A stretch of 64,000 nucleotides of DNA from Candidatus Anoxymicrobiaceae bacterium (GTDB taxonomy: Bacteria > Actinomycetota > Geothermincolia > Fen-727 > Anoxymicrobiaceae), in NCBI GenBank assembly GCA_036845225.1, contig DAIUEJ010000005.1, forward strand, positions 10,808-74,807. Reading direction: 5' to 3'. Under the pieces are notes generated by a model. It had not been told where the DNA came from. It was given only the letters and a program-made list of their open reading frames with translations, and did not search any database. Of the stretch, positions 27,473 through 36,501 are shown in pieces (within the stretch, counting starts at the first letter, position 1; every line of letters starts with the position of its first letter). The translations under genes were made by a program, and so were the position numbers.

Positions 27473-28624
27473 TCATCCTCCGGATGGATATGCGGTTATC
27501 TTCAGGTCGGAGCCGATAGCCTGGACCGTGAATATCTCCACTCCACGTACCAGTGACATGGTTTCCACGCCTTCTCCGGCGACCGGCCCGGGGGCCGACG
27601 ACCCCCCTATCACTTTCGGGGCGAGGTACAAGACCAGCCTGTCCACCAGCCCTGCCTCCCACAGCGACGCCGCCATGGTCGGCCCGCCTTCGGCGAGCAC
27701 GCTCGTGAGGCCGCGGCGGCCGAGGGCTTCGAGAAGGACGTCCAGCTCGACCCGCTCGGCGGCCCCCGCCTCCAGTATCTCAACGCCCTTCTTCTCCAGG
27801 GCGCCGCGGTCAGTGGCAGCAGCATGAGCCGTGACCGCAACGAGGGTCGGGGCCTCGGAGGTGTCCGCCAGCTTGCTTTGAAGGGGAGTCCTCGCGAGGC
27901 TGTCGGCCACGACGCGGAGGGGCTGGCGGGCCGCCCGTATTCCTCTCGCGGTCAGTTGCGGGTCGTCCGCGAGGACGGTCCCGAACCCAACCATGACCGC
28001 GTCGCTCTCCGCCCGCATCCTGTGCACGTCGGACCTGGACGCATCTGAGGTGACCCACCTCGACTCGCCGGTCCTTGTCGCTACTTTGCCGTCCAGGCTC
28101 ATCGCCATCTTCAGAGTCACAAAAGGCCGGCCGGTGGTGATCCACTTTATGTACGGCTCGTTCTGACGCACCGCGATGTCGCGGTACGGCCCCATCGCTA
28201 CCTCGATATCGGCTTCCGACAGCACCCTCATCCCCGCTCCGGCGACAAGGGGGTTCGGGTCCTTCATGGCGATGACGACCCTGGCCGGGGCTGCCTCGAC
28301 GAGGAGCGGGGCGCAGGGGGGCGTCCTTCCATGGTGCGAGCACGGCTCGAGCGTCAGGTAGATCGTGGCGCCCTTCACCCTGTCCCCCGCCTCCTCGACC
28401 GCCCTGACCTCCGCGTGAGGCCCTCCCGCGCGCTGGTGGAAGCCCTCTCCGACGACCTTGCCTCCCGAGACGACCACCGCCCCTACCATGGGGTTCGGGG
28501 ACGTGGTCCCGCGACCCAGCTCGGCGAGCTCGAGGGCGCGCAGCATGTGCAGCTCGTCGTCGCTCCCCGGAAGCGGCTTCGGCAGGCCCGCTATTGTTTC
28601 TGTTCCGCTCGAGATCAGTCTCAT
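27473..28624 (-). CDS. ribD: Bifunctional diaminohydroxyphosphoribosylaminopyrimidine deaminase / 5-amino-6-(5-phosphoribosylamino)uracil reductase
   Basis: CMP/dCMP deaminase zinc motif (HAEVRA...PCSHHG) plus RibD C-terminal reductase domain. Confidence 0.9.
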   Translation of the reverse strand: MRLISSGTETIAGLPKPLPGSDDELHMLRALELAELGRGTTSPNPMVGAVVVSGGKVVGEGFHQRAGGPHAEVRAVEEAGDRVKGATIYLTLEPCSHHGRTPPCAPLLVEAAPARVVIAMKDPNPLVAGAGMRVLSEADIEVAMGPYRDIAVRQNEPYIKWITTGRPFVTLKMAMSLDGKVATRTGESRWVTSDASRSDVHRMRAESDAVMVGFGTVLADDPQLTARGIRAARQPLRVVADSLARTPLQSKLADTSEAPTLVAVTAHAAATDRGALEKKGVEILEAGAAERVELDVLLEALGRRGLTSVLAEGGPTMAASLWEAGLVDRLVLYLAPKVIGGSSAPGPVAGEGVETMSLVRGVEIFTVQAIGSDLKITAYPSGG

Positions 28625-28689
28625 GTCTCCATGGCGTCAACGGGAATAAAGAATGCGCCGGGAGAAGCGACCGGCGCACAGCAGGTTAG

Positions 28690-28810
28690 CAAGATCTTCT
28701 CCCATCCGGACTGTTACCGTCGGCCCCGGAATTTCGCCGGGTCAGCTCTTTCGAGCTCGCGGGCTTTACCGCCGGTCGGGGATTTCACCCTGTCCCGAAG
28801 ACTATATATT
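28690..28810 (-). promoter_or_regulatory. FMN riboswitch (RFN element) in the rib operon leader
   Basis: Minus strand reads CUUCGGGACAGGGUGAAAUCCCCGACCGGCGGUAAAGCCCGCGAGC...GGCGAAAUUCCGGGGCCGACGGUAACAGUCCGGAUGGGAGAAG, matching the conserved RFN cores (GGGUGAAAUUCCC, GACCGGCGGUA, AGUCCGGAUGGGAGA). Confidence 0.85.
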
Positions 28811-28930
28811 CTTTGATGATAGCAAAAGTTGGCGCGGCACAACAAGGGTGCCGCCTGCCCGCGCCTTGTCGGGCCGCCGGAGCGGTAATAACATGGATCG
28901 AATGCTGTTAAGAGATGCGATGGAGGCCTG

Positions 28931-29515
28931 ATGAGAAAGTCGGCAAGAGAGTTGGTGGCTGTATGCTGCTGCGCCGTCTTGCTGGCAGCTTTGTTCGTGC
29001 TTTCGGGGTGCGGGAGCGGCAGGAACAGCACTCAGCAGGTCCTCGACAAGGCAGACCGTTTCGTGAACAGCGTTGACAGCAACGTGGACCGGCTCTCGAC
29101 CGACGTCAAAGCCCTCGCGCGGAGCATCAAGGAAGGGACGGAGATAACGCGCGAGATGCTCTCGGAGACTTACGCCTCCATGAAAGGCCAGGCGCAAAAG
29201 GTCGTCGACTCAGTCAGGAGCGCACAGGCTGAGATAAAGAAGATAGTGGCGGACAGCGGTGCCGGCGGCATCGACAGGTACCTGGATATTCAGAACGAGA
29301 TCCTCGACAACGCGGTTACGCTGACGAACACGCTCTCCGACCTGTTCGGTCAGCTCTCCTCCGCCGCGAAAGCGATGGCTTCGGGTGGCGCCCCCGACGC
29401 CTCAGGGCTCTCGCGCACTGCTGAGGAGTGGGTCTCATCGTTCGACCGCATCGAGGAGAACAGCCGGGCGCTGGTCGAAAAAGCCAGCAAGCTGAAGGAT
29501 GAAGGCGGGCCGTGA
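28931..29515 (+). CDS. Predicted lipoprotein (signal peptide with LSGC lipobox), helical; function unknown
   Basis: MRKSARELVAVCCCAVLLAALFVLSGCGSG... Confidence 0.6.
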   Translation: MRKSARELVAVCCCAVLLAALFVLSGCGSGRNSTQQVLDKADRFVNSVDSNVDRLSTDVKALARSIKEGTEITREMLSETYASMKGQAQKVVDSVRSAQAEIKKIVADSGAGGIDRYLDIQNEILDNAVTLTNTLSDLFGQLSSAAKAMASGGAPDASGLSRTAEEWVSSFDRIEENSRALVEKASKLKDEGGP

Positions 29516-29596
29516 GCGCGTATCCGGCGGGAGTCGCGGCAGGGCCTTTATGATACTATCGGTCAGATGTTTTCGGGCCTGTGGAAAGGAGCATGC

Positions 29597-30139
29597 ATGA
29601 AGAGGTTGCTGGCGCTGGTTCTTGCCGTCCTCATCCTGGCAACGCTCGCGGGAGCGCTCGCCGGATGCGGCGGGGACACCGCGCAGGCCAAAGCGGATAT
29701 GAAGAATGCCGACTTGCTCTGGGCCAAGGTCGTGGCGGACTCCAACCCGGTGGCGGGCAAGGTCACAGCGGCATATGGCGACATCACCGACCCCGCGAAG
29801 TTCAAGGCCGCCGTCGACGGGCTCAACGCCTTCCTGGACGGGATAGACAAGAAGGTTGAGGTTGCGCAGGCCTCCTATCAGAAGATCAAGACTCTCAAGG
29901 GAGTTCCCGACTACGCCACCTACGCCGGTATGCAGGTAGACCTCAATGGCTTGATCAAAGAGATGACTTCACAACTGAAGACCCTGCTGACCCAGCTTCA
30001 GGAAGCGGTTACCGCCGCAGACCAGGCCAAGCTCGATTCGATCCAACAGAACTTCGAGCCCGCCTTCACCGCGCTGTCTGACAAGGTCAACAAGCTGGAG
30101 AACCAGGCCAAGCAGTTCAAAGCGGACAAGAACCTTTAG
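29597..30139 (+). CDS. Predicted lipoprotein (LAGCGGDT lipobox), paralog of the next gene
   Basis: MKRLLALVLAVLILATLAGALAGCGGDTAQAKA...; start placed at MKRLL. Confidence 0.6.
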   Translation: MKRLLALVLAVLILATLAGALAGCGGDTAQAKADMKNADLLWAKVVADSNPVAGKVTAAYGDITDPAKFKAAVDGLNAFLDGIDKKVEVAQASYQKIKTLKGVPDYATYAGMQVDLNGLIKEMTSQLKTLLTQLQEAVTAADQAKLDSIQQNFEPAFTALSDKVNKLENQAKQFKADKNL

Positions 30140-30161
30140 TGTTCCGTCCAAGGAGCCCCAT

Positions 30162-30725
30162 TTGAATCACTGGAAACTGACCACCCTCATCATCAGCGCC
30201 CTGCTTGCCGCCGTCCTGTTCGTGGCCGGTTGCGGGGGGGATACTGGACAGGCAAAGGCATACGTGTCACGGGGCGACGCGGACGTGGTGAAGCTCCAGC
30301 CGGTCTCGAACCGCCTCACCAAGAGCGTGGAGGCGCTCTTCTCGGACGTCTTCGCCGGCGGCAAGGTGGACGCCACGGCGTTCAAGAAGGACGCCGCGAG
30401 CGTCCGGTCGCTCGCAGAGGAGCTCTCCACGGGCGCGAATGTCGCTTCAAAGCAGTACGCCCTGGTCGACGGCCTCAAGGACGTGCCTGCTTACAAGAAA
30501 TACGTCGACCTCGAGCAGAAGGTCATCTCTCGGAACGAAGAAGGCCTCTCAAGGCTCAAGGCCTTTCTGGACAAGTGGTCTGCCGCTATCAGTTCACCCA
30601 ACTTCGACCCGGTGGCTTTCGTGGGGGACGCGAGAGATTTCAGCACCATGGCGGATAAGACGGCCGCGGAGATCGAGAAGCTGGAGAAGGAAGCCGCCAG
30701 CCTCAAGAAGAGCCAGAAGCTGTGA
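30162..30725 (+). CDS. Predicted lipoprotein (VAGCGGDT lipobox), paralog of the previous gene
   Basis: ...LFVAGCGGDTGQAKA...LKDVPAYKKYVDLEQKV..., similar to the previous protein (LKGVPDYATYAGMQVDL). Confidence 0.6.
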   Translation: MNHWKLTTLIISALLAAVLFVAGCGGDTGQAKAYVSRGDADVVKLQPVSNRLTKSVEALFSDVFAGGKVDATAFKKDAASVRSLAEELSTGANVASKQYALVDGLKDVPAYKKYVDLEQKVISRNEEGLSRLKAFLDKWSAAISSPNFDPVAFVGDARDFSTMADKTAAEIEKLEKEAASLKKSQKL

Positions 30726-30726
30726 G

Positions 30727-31413
30727 TCAGGCGGGCGCCACGCCCGCGGCGCTGCTGTTCAATATCGACTTGATCTCCAGGGCCGCCGCGCCGACGTCCG
30801 CCGAGGCAAAGATCGAGGAGCCCACCACCACGTTGTCCGCGCCCGCCTCGATCACCATCGGAAGGTTCTGGGCCTTGACGCCGCCGTCCACCTCCACCTC
30901 GACCGAGACGCCCAGCTCAGAGGCGTCGCGCTTGATCGCGCCGACCCGGTTGAGCATCTCGGGCATGAGCTTCTGCCCCCCGAATCCCGGGTAGACGCAC
31001 ATGACGATGACGAAGTCCACCATCGCCAGGAATGGCTTCAGCTCGAAGACCGGGACCTCCGGGCTGATGGCGAGCCCGGGTGATACCCCGAGCCCCCTGA
31101 TCGCCCGCACCACGCTCTCGCAATCGCGGCAGGACCGCAGGTGGAACGATATCCGGTCCGAGCCGGCATCCGCGAAAGTCTCGACCCACTCCGGCGGGTT
31201 GTAGATCATGAGGTGGGTATCCAGCGGGACGGCGGTCATCTTCTTGACGGCCTCGACCACGATCGGCCCGAAAGTGATGTTCGGCACGAAGTGGCCGTCC
31301 ATCACGTCAAGGTGTATGTAATCAGCGACAGGCTCGATCGCCTTGATGGCTGCGCCAAGGTTGGAGAAGTCGGCGTTCAGTATGGAGGGAGACAGCTTTA
31401 CTTTTGCGCCCAT
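30727..31413 (-). CDS. rpe: Ribulose-phosphate 3-epimerase
   Basis: MGAKVKLSPSILNADFSNLG...HLDVMDGHFVPNITFGP...; start set at MGAKVKL. Confidence 0.85.
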   Translation of the reverse strand: MGAKVKLSPSILNADFSNLGAAIKAIEPVADYIHLDVMDGHFVPNITFGPIVVEAVKKMTAVPLDTHLMIYNPPEWVETFADAGSDRISFHLRSCRDCESVVRAIRGLGVSPGLAISPEVPVFELKPFLAMVDFVIVMCVYPGFGGQKLMPEMLNRVGAIKRDASELGVSVEVEVDGGVKAQNLPMVIEAGADNVVVGSSIFASADVGAAALEIKSILNSSAAGVAPA

Positions 31414-31501
31414 TGGAAAAGCCCCCGGAGCCTCGGCAACCTGCTTACTGTCTAGAATATTACGCGCAAGGGCCCTCGAGTCCTTGCCGGGGGAAGACAG
31501 C

Positions 31502-32266
31502 TCAATACACGTACAGATTGCCGTACGGCCGGTGCGAGAACGGCTCCAGCTTCTTGAAGTCCTCCGGCGCGATGCCGCCGAGGTCCATCTCCGTGTCCGA
31601 AGCGAACTCCGCCAGGAGATCTGAGAGCATCTTGCGGTCGTCGTCATCCACCGGGAACTCTCGCACCTCTCTGCCCAGTTGGTGTTCCTTCAGCTCGCCG
31701 CGCACGTAGATGGTGCCACCGTGCATCCCGGTCCCGAGGTAGCTTCCCGCGACGGGGCCGGGCTCGTCACCCATTCCCAGAAGCACCAGCAGGCCACCGG
31801 CCATGTACTCTCCGAAGAAATCGCCTGCGCGGCCACCCGCGACGATGATGGGCACCTGGTCCTTGTACGACTTCATGTGAATGCCGACCCGGTAGCCCAC
31901 GTTGCCGCCGACGAACACCTTGCCGCCGCGCATCCCGTACCCGATCACGTCACCGGCGTGGCCCTTGACCACTATCTTGCCGCTGTTCATGGTGTTGCCG
32001 ACGCCGTCCTGGGCGTTCTCGTTCACGATGACCGTGGGGCCGTCCATGAAAGCGCCGAGGTCGTTGCCCGGAACACCGTTGATGACGATGCGGACCTTCT
32101 CCCGGAGCCCGTCGGCGATATACCGCTGTCCGTTTACCCCGTCGAGCACGATCTCCGCGCAGCCGTTAGAAGCCAGCTCGCGTATCATGCTGTTCAGTTC
32201 CCTGTAGTAGAGGCCGGCAGCGTCCAGAATCTTGCAGTTGTCGGTCTGCTTAGCGCTCTTTGCCAT
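31502..32266 (-). CDS. Glutamate synthase GXGXG-domain subunit (archaeal-type GltB C-terminal-domain protein)
   Basis: Repeated GxGxG beta-helix motifs (VKGHAGDVIGYGMRGGKVFVGGNVGYRVG). Confidence 0.75.
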   Translation of the reverse strand: MAKSAKQTDNCKILDAAGLYYRELNSMIRELASNGCAEIVLDGVNGQRYIADGLREKVRIVINGVPGNDLGAFMDGPTVIVNENAQDGVGNTMNSGKIVVKGHAGDVIGYGMRGGKVFVGGNVGYRVGIHMKSYKDQVPIIVAGGRAGDFFGEYMAGGLLVLLGMGDEPGPVAGSYLGTGMHGGTIYVRGELKEHQLGREVREFPVDDDDRKMLSDLLAEFASDTEMDLGGIAPEDFKKLEPFSHRPYGNLYVY

Positions 32267-32269
32267 CTC

Positions 32270-33772
32270 CTACCTTCCCGCCGGTTTCACGCCGATTATC
32301 TCGGTCGTGCTCGCGTCCAGCCCCAGCGAGCGCAGGCGCTCCCTGTTTCCCCTGAGTGATTCTATTGCGTTTACCCCCAGCGCGCCCAGGATCTCCTTGA
32401 GCTCGAGGCTCCAGGAGTTGACCAGGTTGACCAGACGCTCGGCGCCCCAGTCCGGGTCGAGCCTGCCGGTCAGCTCGGGGCGCTGGGTGGCGATGCCCCA
32501 CGAGCAGTTGCCGGTGTAGCATTTCTGGCACAGCCTGCATCCGAGCGCTATCAGGGCCGCGGTGCCGATGCCTACCGCGTCCGCCCCGAGCGCTATCGCC
32601 TTGGCGACGTCCGCGCTCGACCTTATGCCGCCCGCCGCGATTATAGACACCCAGTTCCTGATGCCTTCGCTCCGCAGTTGCTGGTCGACCACCGCCAGCG
32701 CTATCTCGAGCGGGATCCCCACGTGGTCCCGGATGACCGCCGGGCTCGCGCCCGTGCCACCCCTGAAGCCGTCCAGGTAGATGATGTCGGCCCCCGCCCT
32801 GGCGATGCCGCTCGCGATGGCCGCGACGTTGTGGACGGTCGCGATCTTCACGGAGACCGGCTTGTACCCGGTCGCCTCCTTCAGCGCGTAGATCAACTGC
32901 CTCAGGTCTTCTATCGAGTAGATGTCGTGGTGCGGCGCAGGGCTCAGCGCGTCGGTGCCCTCGGGTATCATGCGCGTCCCGGAGACCTCGACCCCTATCT
33001 TCTCGCCCGGGAGGTGCCCGCCGATGCCCGGCTTGGCGCCCTGCCCGACCTTGATCTCGACCGCGACCCCCGCGTTGAGGTACTCGGAGTGCACCCCGAA
33101 CCTGCCGGAAGCACACTGTACGATGATGTGGTCCTTGTACGGGTAGAGCTCTCTGTGCAGCCCTCCCTCTCCGGTGTTCATGACCGTCCCGAGCTTCTCC
33201 GCCGCGATGGCGAGCGCCCGGTGGGTGTTCAGGCTCACCGAGCCGTAGGACATGCCGCTGAACATTATCGGTATGTCCAGCTTGATGTTGTTCGCCACCT
33301 TTGTCTCCAGCCGGAACTCTCCGTTCGACCTCTCGACCTTCAGGCTATCGGGCTTGCGCCCGAGGTAGGTCCTGAGCTCCATCGGCTCGCGCAGCGGGTC
33401 GATGGACGGGTTGGTCACCTGGCAGGCGTCGATGAGCAGGTGGTCGAATACGTTCAGCCACGGCAGGTCGTTGCCCATGCCGGTCAGGATCATGCCCGGC
33501 GTCTGGGCCTGCTTCCAGATCGCCTTGCGCTTGTCGACGTCCCAGGAGGAGTGCTCCCGGAAGGCGAGAGGGTTGCGCACTATCGTTATCGCTTCCTCCG
33601 GGCAGAATATCGCGCAGCGGTGGCACGCCACGCACTTGGACGAGTCCGCTGTGGTCATGCTCTGGAAATCGAAGACCCCGAAGCCGCAGTTGAGTATGCA
33701 GCGCTTGCACCTGCGGCAGCGCTCGTGGTCGACGTTGACCAGGAACTCGCTCGTGACCAGGTTGCCCGGCAT
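32270..33772 (-). CDS. Glutamate synthase FMN-binding catalytic subunit (archaeal-type), with N-terminal 2x[4Fe-4S] ferredoxin motif
   Basis: N-terminal CRRCKRCILNCG...CVACHRCAIFCP followed by a GltS FMN/TIM-barrel domain (GAKPGIGGHLPGEKI). Confidence 0.8.
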   Translation of the reverse strand: MPGNLVTSEFLVNVDHERCRRCKRCILNCGFGVFDFQSMTTADSSKCVACHRCAIFCPEEAITIVRNPLAFREHSSWDVDKRKAIWKQAQTPGMILTGMGNDLPWLNVFDHLLIDACQVTNPSIDPLREPMELRTYLGRKPDSLKVERSNGEFRLETKVANNIKLDIPIMFSGMSYGSVSLNTHRALAIAAEKLGTVMNTGEGGLHRELYPYKDHIIVQCASGRFGVHSEYLNAGVAVEIKVGQGAKPGIGGHLPGEKIGVEVSGTRMIPEGTDALSPAPHHDIYSIEDLRQLIYALKEATGYKPVSVKIATVHNVAAIASGIARAGADIIYLDGFRGGTGASPAVIRDHVGIPLEIALAVVDQQLRSEGIRNWVSIIAAGGIRSSADVAKAIALGADAVGIGTAALIALGCRLCQKCYTGNCSWGIATQRPELTGRLDPDWGAERLVNLVNSWSLELKEILGALGVNAIESLRGNRERLRSLGLDASTTEIIGVKPAGR

Positions 33773-34893
33773 CAGACATCACCTTTCAATTTCCCTATCA
33801 CTGGCTGCCCGGCATTGGGAGCCCACACTTTGTCGGGCCGCGGGCATATCTGCCTGATCGCGGCCTCCTCGCTCGCTACGTACAGGAGGTCGTCCTTCCT
33901 CGCGGCGATGAGCGGCCTCAGCTTGATACGGTCGTTCAGACCGAGCATGCCGCGGGAGAAGCCGACGATCACCGCGAACGGCCCGTTGACCAGCGCGCTG
34001 GCGTAGACCATCCGCAGCGACTCGAAGAGCTCTTTCTCGCCCGGGTCCTCGTCGATGTCGATGTCCTTCCAGAACGGCGCGGCCAGGACCTTGCAGGCCA
34101 CTTCCAGCGGGAGGCCGTGCTTGCGTATCAGCAGGTCGAACAGGTACGCCATGACCTCAGTGTCAGTAAGCAACGTGCATTCGTATCCGAACATCTCCAG
34201 GTATCTCTTGTTGATCCCATAGGATGAGATCTCTCCGTTGTGGACGACCGCCCAGTCCAGGATGTTGAACGGGTGCGCGCCGCCCCACCACCCGGGGGTG
34301 TTGGTCGGGAAACGCCCGTGGCCTATCCAGGTGTAAGCCTGGTACTCGGGCAGCTTGAAGAACTCGCCCACGTCCTCGGCGAACCCCACCGCCTTGAAGA
34401 CGCCCATGTTCTTTCCGCTCGAGAACACGAAGGTCCCCGGAACGGTGGTATTGATGGTCATCACCAGGCGGACCATGAAGTCGTCATCGCCCAGGCCCGC
34501 AGCTTCCACCAGCTCGCCGCGCGGCTTTGCGAAGTACCTCCAGAGGATGGGAGCGTTGACGATGGCCGGGGACGGCTGCGTCGGCAGGTCGCCGGCCGCC
34601 GCCACCTCCAGGCTCTCCTCGAGCAGCGACTCGCAGGCGACTTTACCGGCGCTGTCCTCGAACATGATGTGCAGCGCGTAATGGTCCGGGTAGTCGGGGT
34701 AGATCCCGTAGGCCGCGAAGCCGCCCCCCAGCCCGTTGCCACGGTCGTGGATGTTCCGCATGGACTCGATTATCTGGTCTCCGGCCATGAGGTTGCCGTC
34801 CTCGCTCATGATGCCGGAAAGGCCGCAGGCCGCGGGCACCTTGCAGGTATCTACTCTCCACTCCCTGTACTGGTCACCGAATGCCACAATCAC
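33772..34893 (-). CDS. Glutamate synthase class-II glutamine amidotransferase subunit (Ntn hydrolase)
   Basis: CGLSGIM (N-terminal nucleophile Cys region) with a GATase-2 fold sequence. Confidence 0.75.
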   Translation of the reverse strand: MIVAFGDQYREWRVDTCKVPAACGLSGIMSEDGNLMAGDQIIESMRNIHDRGNGLGGGFAAYGIYPDYPDHYALHIMFEDSAGKVACESLLEESLEVAAAGDLPTQPSPAIVNAPILWRYFAKPRGELVEAAGLGDDDFMVRLVMTINTTVPGTFVFSSGKNMGVFKAVGFAEDVGEFFKLPEYQAYTWIGHGRFPTNTPGWWGGAHPFNILDWAVVHNGEISSYGINKRYLEMFGYECTLLTDTEVMAYLFDLLIRKHGLPLEVACKVLAAPFWKDIDIDEDPGEKELFESLRMVYASALVNGPFAVIVGFSRGMLGLNDRIKLRPLIAARKDDLLYVASEEAAIRQICPRPDKVWAPNAGQPVIGKLKGDV

Positions 34894-36398
34894 TCACCCT
34901 TCCCCTTGAAGGTGTCCTTCAAGAGCTCCGCCAGCTCGTCGGAGCCCGGCTCCGCCACCGGCCCCAGGCCGAGTTTCGCCCTGGCCCTTTCGCGCGCCTT
35001 CCCGAGCACGCCCGCATTCTGGAACATCTCGATCCCCTGCCTCGTCTCCGCCGGGCCGAGCCCGCGCTCGAGCGCCATGCGCTTCGCTTCCTTCATCACC
35101 TTGACCATGCCGAAGCTGTTCGGGCACAGCTCGGTGCAGGTGCCGCACTCGAGGCACTTCCAGATGTCCTCACCCGTTATTACGCTCTCGGCCTCGCCGG
35201 CGAGAATGCTCCGGATCACGTCGTGCGGGGCGTAGCTCTCATCCACCTGCGTGACAGGGCAGTCGTTCGAGCAGGACTCGCACTCGACGCAGCGCGCCAT
35301 GGACGCGTAGTCGAACTCCAGTGGGACCAGCTCGCGTATGCGCTTGACCTCACGCCACTTGTCGAAGAACGGCTGCACGTCGATCCTGTGCATGTCGAGG
35401 CCCAGCTCAGCGGGCTCGAACCCCAGGGCGAGCGCCGCCAGTTCGGAGTAGTAGAAGACCGGTATGTTCAAGGTCTCGTGGTGCTTCTTTATCACCATCT
35501 GCTGCGTCTCGAACTGCCCGAAGCACGCCGGGCAGACCACTACGATGGCGTCGGCCCCGAGTTGCTCGAGCTCGAACAGCTTCAAGCGGGCGCTGGCCAT
35601 CGACTCCTCCGGGCTGCCGGAGCGCCCGAGCGCCTCCCCGCAGCACATGAGCTTGGAGTGGTAATCGAGGCTCTCGAGCCCGAGACACTCGGCGAGCCTG
35701 TCGAGCTTGACGGGCCTCGCCGCGTCGTCGAGCCTCACGGTCGGGCCCGGCCTCAGCAACTGGCAGCCGTTGTGCACTCCGACCGTCAGGCCGTCCATCG
35801 GCGCCACGACCTTCCGCGCGATGACGTCAGGCCCTATTTTGTCGTGGAGCACCTCGATCACGTGGTATACGGAGGTGCGGAAGTTGTACTCCAGGCCGAC
35901 TTCCGCGAGACGTTCGGCGACCTCGTTGCGAAGCTCGCTCGAGGCGTGAAAAGCCGCTATCGCCGATCGGAAAGTCGCATAGCACCCGTTGCAGGCCACG
36001 AGCAGGTCCTTGCCTTCCCTCTCGGCGAGCGCCAGGTTGCGCGCGGCGGTCAGGTACCACGCCTTCTCGGAGAGGGTCTCGACCAGGAACTTTTCCGGGC
36101 AGCACGTGAAGCCCTCGATCTCGGAGTACCTCACGCTCAGCCTCTCGAGTAGGAGGCGGAGAGACTTCTCGAGGAATGGATACCTGCCGGGGATGGTGCA
36201 CCCCCAGAAGAACACGTAATCGTCCACTTTCGCCCGTTTCCTTACTCTGCCAGTCGACTTTTCGCATTTTAGCACAGACACCAAACGGGCATACGGGCCC
36301 GTACCTTTACGAAAGCGCATCGGGGACTGCCCGCGCAATGATATCCGTCGAGCTCCATAGCGCCGGCGTCCCCCCGGCATGACACCCGCTCCCCACAA
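34890..36398 (-). CDS. HdrB-like (2x CCG domain) / HdrC-like (2x[4Fe-4S]) fused Fe-S oxidoreductase; start codon uncertain
   Basis: CCG motifs (FTCCPE, LMCCGE; CNGC, CPAC) and C-terminal ferredoxin clusters (CVECESCSNDCP; CLECGTCTELCP). Overlaps the gltB1 start by 4 nt. The N-terminal ~40 aa of the ORF are Arg-rich and may not be real. Confidence 0.65.
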   Translation of the reverse strand: MWGAGVMPGGRRRYGARRISLRGQSPMRFRKGTGPYARLVSVLKCEKSTGRVRKRAKVDDYVFFWGCTIPGRYPFLEKSLRLLLERLSVRYSEIEGFTCCPEKFLVETLSEKAWYLTAARNLALAEREGKDLLVACNGCYATFRSAIAAFHASSELRNEVAERLAEVGLEYNFRTSVYHVIEVLHDKIGPDVIARKVVAPMDGLTVGVHNGCQLLRPGPTVRLDDAARPVKLDRLAECLGLESLDYHSKLMCCGEALGRSGSPEESMASARLKLFELEQLGADAIVVVCPACFGQFETQQMVIKKHHETLNIPVFYYSELAALALGFEPAELGLDMHRIDVQPFFDKWREVKRIRELVPLEFDYASMARCVECESCSNDCPVTQVDESYAPHDVIRSILAGEAESVITGEDIWKCLECGTCTELCPNSFGMVKVMKEAKRMALERGLGPAETRQGIEMFQNAGVLGKARERARAKLGLGPVAEPGSDELAELLKDTFKGKGE

Positions 36399-36414
36399 AT
36401 GCCTGCCCGACTTG

Positions 36415-36438
36415 AGAAAAAGGACCTGACCCCGAAAA
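36415..36438. repeat. REP-like unit (gaaaaaggacctgaccccgaaaag) between the hdrBC-like start and glnA terminator
   Basis: Inverted 18/18 match to 61798-61815. Confidence 0.5.
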
Positions 36439-36446
36439 GTTGAGTC

Positions 36447-36487
36447 GTCAAAGGAAAGCGCCCCGCCCTTGGTCGGACGGGGCGCGA
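36447..36487 (-). terminator. Intrinsic terminator downstream of glnA
   Basis: Minus strand: GC-rich hairpin gcgccccg...cggggcgc followed by CUUUCCUUU. Confidence 0.5.
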
Positions 36488-36501
36488 TGTTTACGCCTGC
36501 T

